Source: an uncultured bacterium
GTDB lineage: Bacteria; Fermentibacterota; Fermentibacteria; Fermentibacterales; JCC-6
Direction: 5' to 3'
Assembly (NCBI GenBank): GCA_964423505.1
Contig: CAYREX010000003.1
Location: 76,817-140,816, forward strand
DNA: 64,000 bases
Position numbers and translations under genes: made by a program. This document shows positions 1-13,252 of the stretch, piece by piece. Numbering within the stretch: the stretch's first letter is position 1; the number at the start of each line of letters is the position of its first letter. Below the pieces are notes generated by a model. It did not search any database, was not told the DNA's origin, and saw nothing but the letters and a program-made list of their open reading frames with translations.

Positions 1-972
1 GGCAGGCTGATGCACCGGCTGGTGGAGGAGCTCTTCCTCTCCGTGTTCGGCGCCCCCCCGCCGGGCGCCCGCGCGGACGCCGCCACCCTGGACCTCCCCG
101 GTCGCCGTCTGGCCATGACCACCGACGCCCACGTTGTGTCGCCGCTCTTCTTCCCCGGCGGCGACATCGGCTCCCTCTCCGTCCACGGGACGGTGAACGA
201 CCTGGCGGTCAGCGGCGCGAGGCCGCTCTGGCTCAGCGCGGGCTTCGTCCTGGAGGAGGGGCTGCCGATGGAGACCCTCTGGCGGGTGGTCCTCTCCATG
301 GGCCGGGCTGCGGAGGAATCCGGGGTGTCGGTGGTCACGGGGGATACAAAGGTCGTGGAGCGGGGAAAGGCCGACGGCCTCTACATCACCACCACCGGCG
401 TGGGCGCTCCCCTCTCCGCCCGTCCGCCCATCCCCGACCGCATCGAGCCGGGAGATGCCATAATCGTCAGCGGAGACCTGGGGAGGCACGGCATAGCGGT
501 GCTCTCCGCCAGGGAGGGGATGGACCTGGCCCCGTCTCTGGCCAGCGACCTGGCCCCTCTGGCAGATGTGGTGGCCGCACTCTACGGGGCCGGTCTGGAG
601 CCGCACTGCATGCGGGACCTGACCCGGGGCGGCCTGGCCTCAGGCCTCCACGAGACCGTTGGTGCGGCCGGTCTCTCGGCACTTGTCCACGAGGAGCTCG
701 TACCGGTGAGGGAGGGCGTAGCCGGAGCCTGCGAGATACTCGGGCTGGACCCGGTCTACCTGCCGAACGAGGGGAGGCTCGTCCTCTTCCTGCCGGAGCG
801 GGACGCCGGGCGGGCCCTGTCGGTGATGTCCGGGTTCCCCGTATGCGAGCGGGCGGCAGTCGTCGGCGACGTCGGGGAGCCGGGCGCTGCCTCGGTGGTT
901 ATGAGGACGGTCATAGGGTCTGACAGGGTGTTGGACATGCTGAGCGGGGAGCAGCTCCCCCGCATATGCTAG
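1..972 (+). CDS. hypE: Hydrogenase maturation protein HypE (AIR-synthase-related), 5'-truncated at window edge
   Basis: Translation aligns to HypE from about residue 14 onward (my recollection of the E. coli sequence): ...TTDAHVVSPLFFPGGDIGSLSVHGTVNDLAVSGARPLWLSAGFVLEEGLPMETL... and the characteristic C-terminal ...PRIC. The open frame runs to position 1, so the N-terminus is outside the window. Confidence 0.8.
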   Translation, partial: GRLMHRLVEELFLSVFGAPPPGARADAATLDLPGRRLAMTTDAHVVSPLFFPGGDIGSLSVHGTVNDLAVSGARPLWLSAGFVLEEGLPMETLWRVVLSMGRAAEESGVSVVTGDTKVVERGKADGLYITTTGVGAPLSARPPIPDRIEPGDAIIVSGDLGRHGIAVLSAREGMDLAPSLASDLAPLADVVAALYGAGLEPHCMRDLTRGGLASGLHETVGAAGLSALVHEELVPVREGVAGACEILGLDPVYLPNEGRLVLFLPERDAGRALSVMSGFPVCERAAVVGDVGEPGAASVVMRTVIGSDRVLDMLSGEQLPRIC

Positions 973-973
973 A

Positions 974-2344
974 CTAGGGTCCGGAAGGCGGCTCCAGCCT
1001 TCGGGCCAGCTTCACCGAGGGCTCCTCGTCCCGGCCGCAGCAGGGCAGCTCGAAGGCGAAGACGCTTCCCTTCTCCGGCTCGCTATGCACGGAGACCCTG
1101 CCGCCGTGCATGTCCACGATCCGCTTCACTATGGAGAGGCCGAGCCCGATCCCGGGGACCTTCTCCCCGGACCACTGCTTCCGCTTTATCCTGGAGAACT
1201 CCCGGAAGAGCAGCTTCTGGTCCTCCTCGGAGACGCCTATGCCGGTGTCCTCGACCTCGACCCTCACCAGTGACTCGCCGGGCAGGACCCGTACGCATAT
1301 CTGGCCGCCGTCCGGGGTGTACTTGATAGCGTTGGATACGAGGTTGGAGACCACCTCCACGAGGAGCCTCTCCACCCCCATGACCACCGGCACCTCCTCC
1401 GGCACTTCGCAGGCGAGCGAGTGGCCCTTTCGACCCGAGAGGTCGCGGTGGGCCTCCACCGCCTTGCGGGCCACGCTGCCCAGATCCACGGGGCCAGCGT
1501 GCTTCCTGACCTGCGATGTGTCCTCCAGGGCGGCGAAGAACTGGAAGTCGCGCAGGAACGATGTGGCCTCGTCCAGCCTGTCGTGCATCCTCTCCACCAG
1601 GTGGGCCTCCCTCTCGTCCAGCTTTTCGCCGGAGAGGGTCTCCAGGCTGTGGAGGAGCATCTTCGTGGCGGATATGGGCGACTTGAGGTCGTGTACGGCT
1701 ATGTGGAGGAAGTCCCGCCGGAGCTTGGAGAGCTCCCGGAGTGAGGCGTTGGTCTTGCGGAGACGCTCCTCCCGGTCCCGGAGGGCCGCCTGGGTCATCA
1801 TCACCTTCCTGCTCAGCTCCCCGACCACGGCGGCCATGACCAGGAAGAAGGCTATCCGCGCCAGGTCCGCCCACAGCGGGCCCTCGTAGGTATGGAAGAG
1901 CCGGAATGCCAGGATCTCGCATCCCAGGACTGCGGCGACCAGGATGGCCCTCCTGCCCCACCATATGCCGCTTATGACTATGGAGATGTAGGCGAAGTGG
2001 GTGTAGGCTATGCTTATGCCGAGTACCAGGTGGAAGTAGGTGCCGAGGGCCATGTAGGCCAGGACCAGAGCGCCGACGATGAACAGCCGGGCGCGCCTGC
2101 TCCTTATCGCCCCGAGCAGCTCCACCCCCTCGCGGCGGCTCTCGCCCGGCTCCTCGGTAAGCTTCAGCTCGGCACCTCCGCTCCTGCGTCCGCATCCGTT
2201 CTTATAAGACTTGAAAATACCCCTCCCGCCCCGGCCTTGTCCAGCACCGGACGCTGCTTCCGGCGGTCGGGGGTAGTCGTCAGGGGTGCCGGTGGTTATC
2301 CTCTCGATGACGGTCGGACGCCGTGGCCATCCCCGGTGCGGCAT
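974..2344 (-). CDS. Membrane-bound sensor histidine kinase (HisKA + HATPase_c); start codon uncertain
   Basis: Hydrophobic N-terminal helices, H-box HIAVHDLKSPISA, and ATPase G-boxes (EDTGIGVSEED...GIGLGLSIVKRIVDMHGGRVSV). The N-terminal 60 aa of the ORF are low-complexity and probably untranslated. Confidence 0.8.
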   Translation of the reverse strand: MPHRGWPRRPTVIERITTGTPDDYPRPPEAASGAGQGRGGRGIFKSYKNGCGRRSGGAELKLTEEPGESRREGVELLGAIRSRRARLFIVGALVLAYMALGTYFHLVLGISIAYTHFAYISIVISGIWWGRRAILVAAVLGCEILAFRLFHTYEGPLWADLARIAFFLVMAAVVGELSRKVMMTQAALRDREERLRKTNASLRELSKLRRDFLHIAVHDLKSPISATKMLLHSLETLSGEKLDEREAHLVERMHDRLDEATSFLRDFQFFAALEDTSQVRKHAGPVDLGSVARKAVEAHRDLSGRKGHSLACEVPEEVPVVMGVERLLVEVVSNLVSNAIKYTPDGGQICVRVLPGESLVRVEVEDTGIGVSEEDQKLLFREFSRIKRKQWSGEKVPGIGLGLSIVKRIVDMHGGRVSVHSEPEKGSVFAFELPCCGRDEEPSVKLARRLEPPSGP

Positions 2345-2384
2345 GGCGCGTCAGCTTCCATGAAGGGGAGAGGACCGGACGCTC

Positions 2385-4067
2385 TTGGGCGTTTACGACG
2401 GGCTCGGAGTATCAGAGCTGGAGGAGCTGCTCCGTTCGAGCGGGCCACAGGAGAGGTACGACATACTCATCGTCCTCTCCAAGCGGATATACAAGAAGGA
2501 TCCCGAGAGGGCGGAAGCCCTCGCCCGAGAGGCCGTTGCAATCGCCGGGGAGGCCGGTCGGGAGGTAGACGAGGCCAAGGCCCGTGACCTGCTCGGTATG
2601 GTCCTGGGTGCCGTGGGCGAGTACAGCGATGCACTCGACGAGATCTCACGGAGCCTCGAGGTGCTGGAGCGGTACGGTCTGGACTTCGATATAGCCCGGT
2701 GCTGCAACAACCTGGCTCTCGTCCACAGGTATCTGGGTGACCACGCGAGATCCATCGAGCTCTTCCACAGGTCTCTGCGCATCAAGGAGAGGATCGGTGA
2801 CCTCACAGGAGAGGCTGCGACCTGGAACAACCTCTTCGGCGTCTACGACTACCTGAAGGACTACGACACCGCCCTGGTCTGCATAGACAGGGCGATCGCC
2901 CTGGCAGAGGAAGCGGATGACGAACGGCTCCTCCCGTCGAAGTACAACAACAAGGGATCGATCCTCGTGAAGAAGGGCGAGTTCCGGGAGGCTGAGCGCT
3001 ACCTTCGGATGGCAATGGAGATGAACCACAGGAGCGGGAACGTCATCCCGCTTATCAAGAACATGCACAACTACAGCGAGTACTACATCGCCTCAGGTGA
3101 TTACGACGAGGCGGAGAAGTGCCTCGGGAGGATGCTGGAGCTCTCGAGGGAGCACGACTTCGAGATGGGGCTGGTGCTAGCCCACGGTACACTGGCGGAG
3201 CTGTACGACCTCACATGCGACGTGAAGCGCCTCAGGGAGCATGCATCAAGCTGCCTCGAGGCAAATGACGGGGTAGACATGGAGGCCTGGCGGCTAAAGG
3301 CGCTCCACCTGATGGGCAAGGGCGACGCGGGGCTCGGCAGGTACCGGGAGGCCTGCGACAGCCTCCTTGGCTACATCGACGGCATCGGTGGGTTGGAGGT
3401 GGAGACGAGGAGTCACGAGGTGGCCAGGATCGAGGCCAGGGCCGACTACGAGCACCGCCTCCGCGACAGGCTGCGCAAGGTCCTGCACGACATCATCCTC
3501 ACGATGACCCGGGTGGTGGAGATGAAGGATCCCTACACCGCCGGACACCAGGAGAACGTGGCAAGGCTGTCGGAGGAGATAGGGCGGAGGATGGGGCTGG
3601 ACCCTGACCGGCTCGAAGGCCTGCGCATAGCCGCGACCCTGCACGACATCGGCAAGGTGTTCATCCCGGCGGAGATACTGGCCAAGCCCGGAAGGCTCAA
3701 CGATATGGAGATGGCCCTGATCAAGATGCATCCGCGCTCCGGGTACGACCTGCTCTCCTCGATAGAGTTTCCCTGGACCGTGGCCGAGTTCGTGCTCCAG
3801 CACCACGAGAAGCTGGACGGCAGCGGCTATCCACAGGGCCTCTCCGGGGACGGGATACTCCTTGAGGCAAGGATAATATCCGTCTCCGATGTTGTAGAAG
3901 CCATGTCCATGCACCGTCCGTACAGGCCTGCGCTAGGTGCCGAGAAAGCACTGGCCACGGTGAGGGAGATGGCGCCCGAGAAGCTCGATATCGCGGTTGT
4001 GGAGGCGTGCGGCGAGGTCTTCGAGGAGGGCTTCAACCTGCGCTGCGGTAGCTCACTCGGGGGATGA
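2385..4067 (+). CDS. TPR-repeat protein fused to an HD-GYP-type phosphohydrolase (c-di-GMP phosphodiesterase family)
   Basis: N-terminal TPR-like repeats and a C-terminal HD-GYP domain (ATLHDIGKVFIP...HHEKLDGSGYPQGL). Divergently transcribed from the histidine kinase. Confidence 0.85.
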   Translation: MGVYDGLGVSELEELLRSSGPQERYDILIVLSKRIYKKDPERAEALAREAVAIAGEAGREVDEAKARDLLGMVLGAVGEYSDALDEISRSLEVLERYGLDFDIARCCNNLALVHRYLGDHARSIELFHRSLRIKERIGDLTGEAATWNNLFGVYDYLKDYDTALVCIDRAIALAEEADDERLLPSKYNNKGSILVKKGEFREAERYLRMAMEMNHRSGNVIPLIKNMHNYSEYYIASGDYDEAEKCLGRMLELSREHDFEMGLVLAHGTLAELYDLTCDVKRLREHASSCLEANDGVDMEAWRLKALHLMGKGDAGLGRYREACDSLLGYIDGIGGLEVETRSHEVARIEARADYEHRLRDRLRKVLHDIILTMTRVVEMKDPYTAGHQENVARLSEEIGRRMGLDPDRLEGLRIAATLHDIGKVFIPAEILAKPGRLNDMEMALIKMHPRSGYDLLSSIEFPWTVAEFVLQHHEKLDGSGYPQGLSGDGILLEARIISVSDVVEAMSMHRPYRPALGAEKALATVREMAPEKLDIAVVEACGEVFEEGFNLRCGSSLGG

Positions 4068-4164
4068 GGAGCGAATCGATGAGGATGATGCCGCAACCTC
4101 GTTGCCTCTGCTCCGGCGAGGGAATCGGTCATCTGGGGTCAGGGCTCGAAGAACGGAGGAGCAC

Positions 4165-4845
4165 ATGAAGTTGAGGATCTACCCGCTGGCCGTCCTGGCG
4201 ATACTGGCGGTATCGGTCGGTCAGAGCAACTACCCGGTGGTGATCAACGAGATAATGTACAATCCTTCACAGGCCCTGGGTCCGGACTACCTCTTCGAAT
4301 GGGTCGAGCTCTACAACGACAGCCATGATGCCGTGGACATGTCCGGTTGGATGCTGACCGATGACGCCTTGACCTCCACGCAGACCTTCGACCCGGGCAC
4401 GGTCATCGAGCCGGCCGGTTACCTCGTGGTCGCAAGGAACGACTCGGCCTATGCCGCCCATTACGGCAGCTCCGTTGAGCTCGTCGGATGGACAGGCAGC
4501 TGGAGTGGTCTGAACAACGGTGGTGACTACGTCTTCCTCTACAATCCCCTGGACGACGTAGTCGACATGGTCCACTACGACGATACGGCCTCCTGGGGCT
4601 CCGACTATGGAGACGAGAACACTACACCGGACCACGACGGGGATGGACCGCCTCTCGCCCGGATCGACCCCGGCGGCGACTCGAACGACCCGGCCAACTG
4701 GGAGTCCAGCATCGACGAAGCCAGCGGAATCCCGGACGACGACTGGGAGGGGCATGACGAGTCCCACGGCACCCCGGGCTGCTGGAACGAGACCGGCATG
4801 GCCCTCGAGACGGGGACCTGGGCGATGATAAAGGCAGCTTTCTGA
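4165..4845 (+). CDS. Secreted lamin-tail-domain (LTD) protein
   Basis: A GGAGGA RBS precedes ATG 4165 and a signal peptide (MKLRIYPLAVLAILAVSVG). The LTD signature VVINEIMYNP...EWVELYN...MSGWMLTDD is present. The upstream 56 codons of the longer ORF are low-complexity. Confidence 0.75.
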   Translation: MKLRIYPLAVLAILAVSVGQSNYPVVINEIMYNPSQALGPDYLFEWVELYNDSHDAVDMSGWMLTDDALTSTQTFDPGTVIEPAGYLVVARNDSAYAAHYGSSVELVGWTGSWSGLNNGGDYVFLYNPLDDVVDMVHYDDTASWGSDYGDENTTPDHDGDGPPLARIDPGGDSNDPANWESSIDEASGIPDDDWEGHDESHGTPGCWNETGMALETGTWAMIKAAF

Positions 4846-5235
4846 GCCTGGACGCTGCCTGCATGCGAGCTGCAGCGATCGAAGACGAACAGGTAGCGGG
4901 AGGACCGGAATGGCAATGACCGGGGTTGCTCTGTGCGTACTCGCCGCGGCATCCGCCGTTTACGGGAAGCTGCCGGTGATGGTTGCGGAGCTGGACGAGG
5001 AGACGACCGAATCGGCTTCGAGATCCGGGAGGTCTATCAGGGAGACAGGTTCGAGGACACGGCGATAGAGGAGCTGATACTCCTCGGCGCTCACTGAGCC
5101 ATCCTTCAACGGTATCGTCCGGGGTTCGACGCGGACTGCCCTTTATCCTCGGCCGGCCTATATTCCGACCGGGCGGCCGTCTCCGGGCCCCGTGGTAGGG
5201 TGCAGCAGGGGAGAGGCCGAAAGAAGCTGGAGGGA

Positions 5236-5742
5236 CCTATGGGAGCCGACGGTCTGGATCACAGCGAGCTGCTCTCCCGTGCCGAGATGGAGGGGCACGT
5301 CTGGTACATGAAGCCGGGCTGGAGGAAATGGCAGGTCTTCGCCGGCGTCCTCTGCTGCCTGCTCATCCTCACCATTCCGCTGGGGATATGGATAATCGTC
5401 AAGGCGAAGAAGGCCCGTGTGGGGCTGACAGAGGAGGGCTTCGCATTCACATACCTGGGGAGCGTCTCCGGCAGGTGGAGCGAGGTGGAGTCGATAACCC
5501 CCGTTGGCATGGGCTCCATGACCTTCGGCGGCGGGCTGGTCGGCCTGGCGGTGGCCTCCACGGTCAAGGCCAGGACCGAGGGCCTGAAGGGACCGCTCCA
5601 CATCAAGATGAAGGGCAGGAGGACTCCGAAGATAATCCCCGCCCATACCATAGACCGCTCCCTGGAGATGGCCCTGGAGATGGAGCGCCTCTCAGGCATC
5701 GAGTTCCTGCCGCGGGAGGGGGAGGGAGGCCGGACCGGCTGA
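5236..5742 (+). CDS. Hypothetical membrane protein (bacterial PH-like)
   Basis: Plus-strand ORF with one clear TM helix (VFAGVLCCLLILTIPLGIWIIV) and non-repetitive composition. Competing antisense ORFs are Arg/Pro-rich. Confidence 0.45.
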   Translation, partial: PMGADGLDHSELLSRAEMEGHVWYMKPGWRKWQVFAGVLCCLLILTIPLGIWIIVKAKKARVGLTEEGFAFTYLGSVSGRWSEVESITPVGMGSMTFGGGLVGLAVASTVKARTEGLKGPLHIKMKGRRTPKIIPAHTIDRSLEMALEMERLSGIEFLPREGEGGRTG

Positions 5743-5758
5743 GGCCCGTGAGCGGCGG

Positions 5759-7141
5759 TCACCTGGTCCGGTAGAGGACCACGCTCCCCTCGCCGCATAT
5801 CACCGGGCTGGGGCTCTCGAACTCCCGGACCGGCAGCAGCGACTTGCCGGCCCTGCCCACCAGCTCGGCGTACTGGCCGGGGAAGACCAGCAGCCAGTCC
5901 GCCCTCTCCGGGACCCAGGCGGCCAGCTCCTCCATGCCCATGCCCATCGTCACGGGGGTGACCAGGCCGTCAACGTCCAGGACGGCCAGGTCGGTGAGCC
6001 AGCCGGCCGCGCCGGCGTCGGCCACCGCCACGGTGTCCCCGGAGGTAGCCTCCCCCGCCAGGTCGAGGGCCGGGGCGACGTCTATCGCCCAGACGTCCTC
6101 GGAGGCCCCCGCGCGCCTTCCCGCGAAGACGACGAGCCCGGGCAGCATGGTGAGGAGCAGCAGCGCCACGTTGCCCCGGCTCTTCCTGATCCGGGGCAGC
6201 CAGACCGATGCGGCCAGCGCCACCGCCACCAGTCCCGGCACGTGATACCTCATCTGGAACCACGCGTTGGGCTGCATGACGACCGAGGAGCCGAGCAGCA
6301 GTAGCGGGATGGCAGCCAGGGCCCTCCCCCGTCTACGGTCGCCCTCCGCGCCCTCCCTGAGTAGCTTCGCCATTCCTGCGCCGCCGGCAACGAAGAGCAG
6401 GGGGGAGGAGAGCAGGAGCCCGACCGCGAGGCCGCGCAGCGCCGAGAACGGCGAGGACCAGGCGCCCGACTGCTTGGCGTAGAAGGAGGCGGGGAGGGGA
6501 CGGCCGATGGCGTAGAGGTCCCACGCCACCCAGAGCAGCCCGGCGGCAAGTGCCGGCAGGAGGAGGAGCAGCCTGCGTCTCCATCCCTCCTCGGCCATGA
6601 GCATCGGTAGGGCCAGCAGGCAGAGCTCCGGCCTGGTCAGCACCGCCGCCGCCAGCAGCCAGGGCCGAGCGCCGGCCCACCGCCCGCTCTCCAGGCTCTT
6701 CCAGACCAGCACCAGAAGCAGGACCGCCAGGCCGGTCTCCATGCCGCTGCCGGAGTGGAAGGCAACCGGCCCCGCGAAGGCGATGACCGCCCCGGCCACC
6801 GGTCCCGCCAGGAGCACCCCTGCCAGGGTGGCCAGAAGGGAGAGGAGCATCAGCACCGGCGCGGCAGACATCCTCCCGGCCAGAGAGGCCAGTGCCGAGG
6901 GAACCAGCCATAGCGGGCTCGTGAAGCCCGCCGAAGGCTCGCCCGGGAGGAGCTGGAGCGGATGTCCTGACAGGATGGACCGGCCGTACCGCAGGTGTAT
7001 GTAGCTGTCGTCCATTGGAGGGACCGAGGGCCTCGCCGAGAGGAGGACCGAGGCGAGGGAGAAGATGAGCAGGGCGGCGGGCCCGATCCACCATGGGACC
7101 CGTGCTACCCGTCTGCCGGCGCCGCCCTTCCTCTTCCCCAT
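5759..7141 (-). CDS. Polytopic membrane protein, probable GT-C (PMT/ArnT-like) glycosyltransferase
   Basis: About 11 predicted TM helices, a DDSYIHLRYG loop motif and a soluble C-terminal domain. Start moved to ATG at 7141 (MGKRKGGAGRRVARVPWWIG...). The upstream 156 codons are low-complexity. Confidence 0.65.
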   Translation of the reverse strand: MGKRKGGAGRRVARVPWWIGPAALLIFSLASVLLSARPSVPPMDDSYIHLRYGRSILSGHPLQLLPGEPSAGFTSPLWLVPSALASLAGRMSAAPVLMLLSLLATLAGVLLAGPVAGAVIAFAGPVAFHSGSGMETGLAVLLLVLVWKSLESGRWAGARPWLLAAAVLTRPELCLLALPMLMAEEGWRRRLLLLLPALAAGLLWVAWDLYAIGRPLPASFYAKQSGAWSSPFSALRGLAVGLLLSSPLLFVAGGAGMAKLLREGAEGDRRRGRALAAIPLLLLGSSVVMQPNAWFQMRYHVPGLVAVALAASVWLPRIRKSRGNVALLLLTMLPGLVVFAGRRAGASEDVWAIDVAPALDLAGEATSGDTVAVADAGAAGWLTDLAVLDVDGLVTPVTMGMGMEELAAWVPERADWLLVFPGQYAELVGRAGKSLLPVREFESPSPVICGEGSVVLYRTR

Positions 7142-7273
7142 CGGGGATTCATTCGGAGGCGGCGCCCTCGCGTCAAGACCGGAGCGTCCTGCCGGCCTTT
7201 CCGTGTGGACGCGCAATGGCGCATATGTTAGGGTAAAGCGGTAACCCGGAAGAGGACCGGACACTGGAAGAGC

Positions 7274-7665
7274 GTGCGATTGAGCGTCGTCGGAGTCGGT
7301 CTGGACATCATCGACATCGACAGGTTCAGGGCCTCTCTGGACGACGCGCTTGCACGGGAGTTGTTCCTCCCCGGGGAGATCGAGTACTGCGAGGGCCGGG
7401 CACGGCCGTGGGAGAGCTACGCCGCGCGCTTCGCCGCCAAGGAGGCGGCGTTCAAGGCCCTGGGGCGCGGCCTCGCCCAGGGGATGACCTGGCACTCCGT
7501 GGAGGTCGTGCGAGAGGAAAGCGGAGCGGTGAGCCTGCTGCTCCGGGGTCCCGCGCTTGCGCGGGCCGGGGAGCTGGGCGTCACACGCATGCACGTAACG
7601 CTGAGCCATGACGCAACGGGAGCCGTCGCGGCGGTGATAATGGAGAGCACGGGAGGGGGACCGAG

Positions 7666-7669
<4 letters not shown>
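7274..7669 (+). CDS. acpS: Holo-[acyl-carrier-protein] synthase (4'-phosphopantetheinyl transferase)
   Basis: GVGLDIIDIDRF...FAAKEAAFKALG motifs of AcpS at about 130 aa. Stop overlaps the start of the downstream ligase gene. Confidence 0.8.
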
Positions 7670-9411
<1,742 letters not shown>

Positions 9412-9429
9412 GCGAAGGAGGATGAACCG

Positions 9430-9678
9430 ATGGACGACATGAAGGACGTGGTGCTCCAGTACGTGGTGGACGAGTACCTGGACGAGGAGGACGAGGAGGA
9501 GATCTCCTACGACTCCCCGCTCATCTCCTCCGGCATAGTCGACAGCTTCTCCATGGTCTCGCTGAAGAAGTTCCTGGAGAAGAGGTACGAGATATCCCTT
9601 CCGGACGACGAGGCCACGCCGGAGGCGTTCGACACCGTGGAGTCGATAGTCACCCTGGTCAAGAAGCACCGGGGTTAG
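9430..9678 (+). CDS. Acyl-carrier-protein-like small acidic protein
   Basis: 82 aa, highly acidic, with a central GIVDSFSMVSL (a Ser phosphopantetheine-site-like DSF motif). Sits between the ligase and the aminotransferase. Confidence 0.65.
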   Translation: MDDMKDVVLQYVVDEYLDEEDEEEISYDSPLISSGIVDSFSMVSLKKFLEKRYEISLPDDEATPEAFDTVESIVTLVKKHRG

Positions 9679-9687
9679 GGGGTACGC

Positions 9688-10935
<1,248 letters not shown>

Positions 10936-11005
10936 GGACCGGCGAAGGGCCGGACCGGAGGACGGTCCGGCCCACTGCCCGGTGGTCCCTGGGAGGGAGG
11001 CCGGG

Positions 11006-12106
11006 ATGAGAGCAGCCCCCGCCTCTTTGCTGCTCGCGGCTGCCGCCGTCTCGGCGGACGCCGGTTTCTTCGGCACCATGGCCCAGCACCCGGTCCCCCA
11101 CGACCCGGATGCGTCTCACCCCCACATCTCCATGGAGAGCGAGCAGGTGGTCGTCATGGTGGGCGACTCGATGGAGGCCCGCATTGTCGCCGACTTCCTC
11201 TTCGAGCACAGCGGCGCGGCGGCCGCGGATACGGTGGTCATGTACTACCCGTGGGCCGTCCGGCTCCCGGTGCACTCGGTCCTGTGGAGCCTGGACCTCG
11301 TGACCGACCCGATGGACGTCAGCGTTAGGGTAGACGGAGAGCCGGTGGAGACATGGCCGATGCTGGCCTGCAGGTGGTCCGCCGACCGCGGCCTGTCATG
11401 GTCCGACGTCCTCGAGGGCGCGGAGCCGCTCCGCCAGGACGAGCCGGCCGACGGCGAGGTCTTCCACGTTCGCCTGGCGCCCGGCGCCTGGGAGCAGATC
11501 GACATGGACGGCACCCCCGACGCGGAGGGGGCGTACCGGACGGCGGAGCAGCTGGCCTACTCGGCGCACGCTTGCCTGTGCTGCTGGGCGGTCCCCTTCG
11601 AGCCGGGGAGCACGAGGCTCGTGGAGGTCTCCATGGACTACGTCCTCACAACCGGCTACGGGGAGAGGGACGCCTACGTGACCTACCCGCTCTACACCGG
11701 CGCCTCCTGGTCGGGAGCCATCGGCAGGGGGAGGCTGATGGTCGTCCCGGGGGAGGGGGTCTCTCCGAAGCAGCTGGAGGAGGCCGCCTCCGTCTCCATG
11801 CCCGAGCCCCGGCGCATGGAGGGGGAGGGGGAGGAGCTCTCCGTGCTGCCGGAGATAGAGGGGCACCCGGCATTCCGCTCCACCGAGCTGTCCGCCCTCC
11901 GCGGGACCGACGTCTCCGGCGGCTGGCTCTGGGAGTTCGAGGGACTGGAGCCGGTCGTTCCGGAGACCTCCTGGCAGTACTTCTACGTCGACCCGATCAC
12001 CGGCCACGACATGAACGGGCTCTACTACCCCGAGGCCCACGGCAGCGAGCGCCCCTGGGCTTCCGCAATAGTGGCCAGGGTGAGGTACGGAGGCGTGAAG
12101 TGGTGA
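11006..12106 (+). CDS. Hypothetical secreted protein
   Basis: Signal peptide (MRAAPASLLLAAAAVSA) and diverse composition. The overlapping frame-1 ORF 11353.. is Arg/Pro/Gly-rich and rejected over this interval. Confidence 0.55.
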   Translation: MRAAPASLLLAAAAVSADAGFFGTMAQHPVPHDPDASHPHISMESEQVVVMVGDSMEARIVADFLFEHSGAAAADTVVMYYPWAVRLPVHSVLWSLDLVTDPMDVSVRVDGEPVETWPMLACRWSADRGLSWSDVLEGAEPLRQDEPADGEVFHVRLAPGAWEQIDMDGTPDAEGAYRTAEQLAYSAHACLCCWAVPFEPGSTRLVEVSMDYVLTTGYGERDAYVTYPLYTGASWSGAIGRGRLMVVPGEGVSPKQLEEAASVSMPEPRRMEGEGEELSVLPEIEGHPAFRSTELSALRGTDVSGGWLWEFEGLEPVVPETSWQYFYVDPITGHDMNGLYYPEAHGSERPWASAIVARVRYGGVKW

Positions 12107-13251
12107 GGCCGGCCGCAGCGGCGCTGGCGCTCGCGACGCTCATCCTCGCCTCCTGCGGAACGGTTGCCGTCTCCCCCTGGACGTGGTCCATGCCCGGGGA
12201 GGAGAACGTGGAGTTCACCTACTTCGACGGTATCTGTCCCATGCCCCGGGGCGGGTGTGCGGCGCTGGGGAGGGTCGGGCTGAAGCGGGAGGCGACGCGC
12301 ATGCTGGTCGTCCGGCTGGACGCCTCGGGCGACGTTCTGCTCCGGAGCCTGCACGGCGACGGCGAGCACGTCTGCGAAGGCTACGACGCGGCGCTTCTCG
12401 GAACCGGAGAGCTGGTCTGCGTCGGCGTCAGGGCCGACGGACCGGAGCTCTCCGCCGACGACACCTGGGCGGTGGCGCTCGACCGGAGTGGCGGTGTCCT
12501 CTGGGAGAGGACCTTCCTCGGGCTCAGGGGCTCCTACGACCTGGCGGACGAGGTGGAACCATACCCCGACGGAGGCTTCGTCATGGCCTGCGAGGTCGAG
12601 ACTCCCAGGGCAAGCAACGACGTGGCCGTGGTGCGTGTGGACGGAGACGGCGAGACGGCCTGGACCGCGACCGTCGGCGGCGACGACTGGGAGGACGCGG
12701 GCGGGATGGTCGTCCTCGCGGACGGCTCGATAATGCTCCTCCTGACCTCCGGCCCGTGGGACGTCCCGGAGCGCGACTGGCGGCTGGTGCGCATCTCACC
12801 GGAGGGGGAGACCCTTGAAGACGAGAGGCTGGACAGCGGCAGGGCGGACGACGCGGTGGCCCTCTGCCCGGACGCCGAGGGCGGTCTCTACCTGGTGGGG
12901 GTCTCCGGCATCATACAGGCGGGAGACAAGGACGTCCGGGTGGTCCGGAGGGACTCCTCCGGAGATGTCCTGTGGGAGTACGTCCTGGACCCTCCCGGCG
13001 ACGACATCGTCGACTGCGCCTGCACCGCCCACGGGGGCGGTCTGCTGCTGGGCGGGAGGATGCGCGGCTCGGTGGGGCTGCTGCTGCTCGACCCCGAGGG
13101 GCGGGTGGCCGGCCGCGTCGACCTGCCCATGGACGCGGTGGAGGGCGTTTGCAGGACGACGGACGGTGGCTACGCTGCCTGCGGCTACGCCGATCGCAGG
13201 GGCGTGGTCGTCAAGCTGGAATCCGACCTGACCCCTCCCGGAACCGTCTAG
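12103..13251 (+). CDS. Lipoprotein with repeated beta-propeller-like segments (GTG start)
   Basis: Lipobox LALATLILASCG just after GTG 12103, which overlaps the upstream stop. Repeated ...DGG...G..W... blocks follow. Confidence 0.55.
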   Translation: MRPAAAALALATLILASCGTVAVSPWTWSMPGEENVEFTYFDGICPMPRGGCAALGRVGLKREATRMLVVRLDASGDVLLRSLHGDGEHVCEGYDAALLGTGELVCVGVRADGPELSADDTWAVALDRSGGVLWERTFLGLRGSYDLADEVEPYPDGGFVMACEVETPRASNDVAVVRVDGDGETAWTATVGGDDWEDAGGMVVLADGSIMLLLTSGPWDVPERDWRLVRISPEGETLEDERLDSGRADDAVALCPDAEGGLYLVGVSGIIQAGDKDVRVVRRDSSGDVLWEYVLDPPGDDIVDCACTAHGGGLLLGGRMRGSVGLLLLDPEGRVAGRVDLPMDAVEGVCRTTDGGYAACGYADRRGVVVKLESDLTPPGTV

Positions 13252-13252
13252 C

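Noticed and set aside
11353-12102. N-terminal 250 codons of ORF 11353-13251
   Set aside because: This part is Arg/Pro/Gly-rich junk overlapping a better frame-2 gene (11006-12106). Only the part from GTG 12103 (lipoprotein) is kept.
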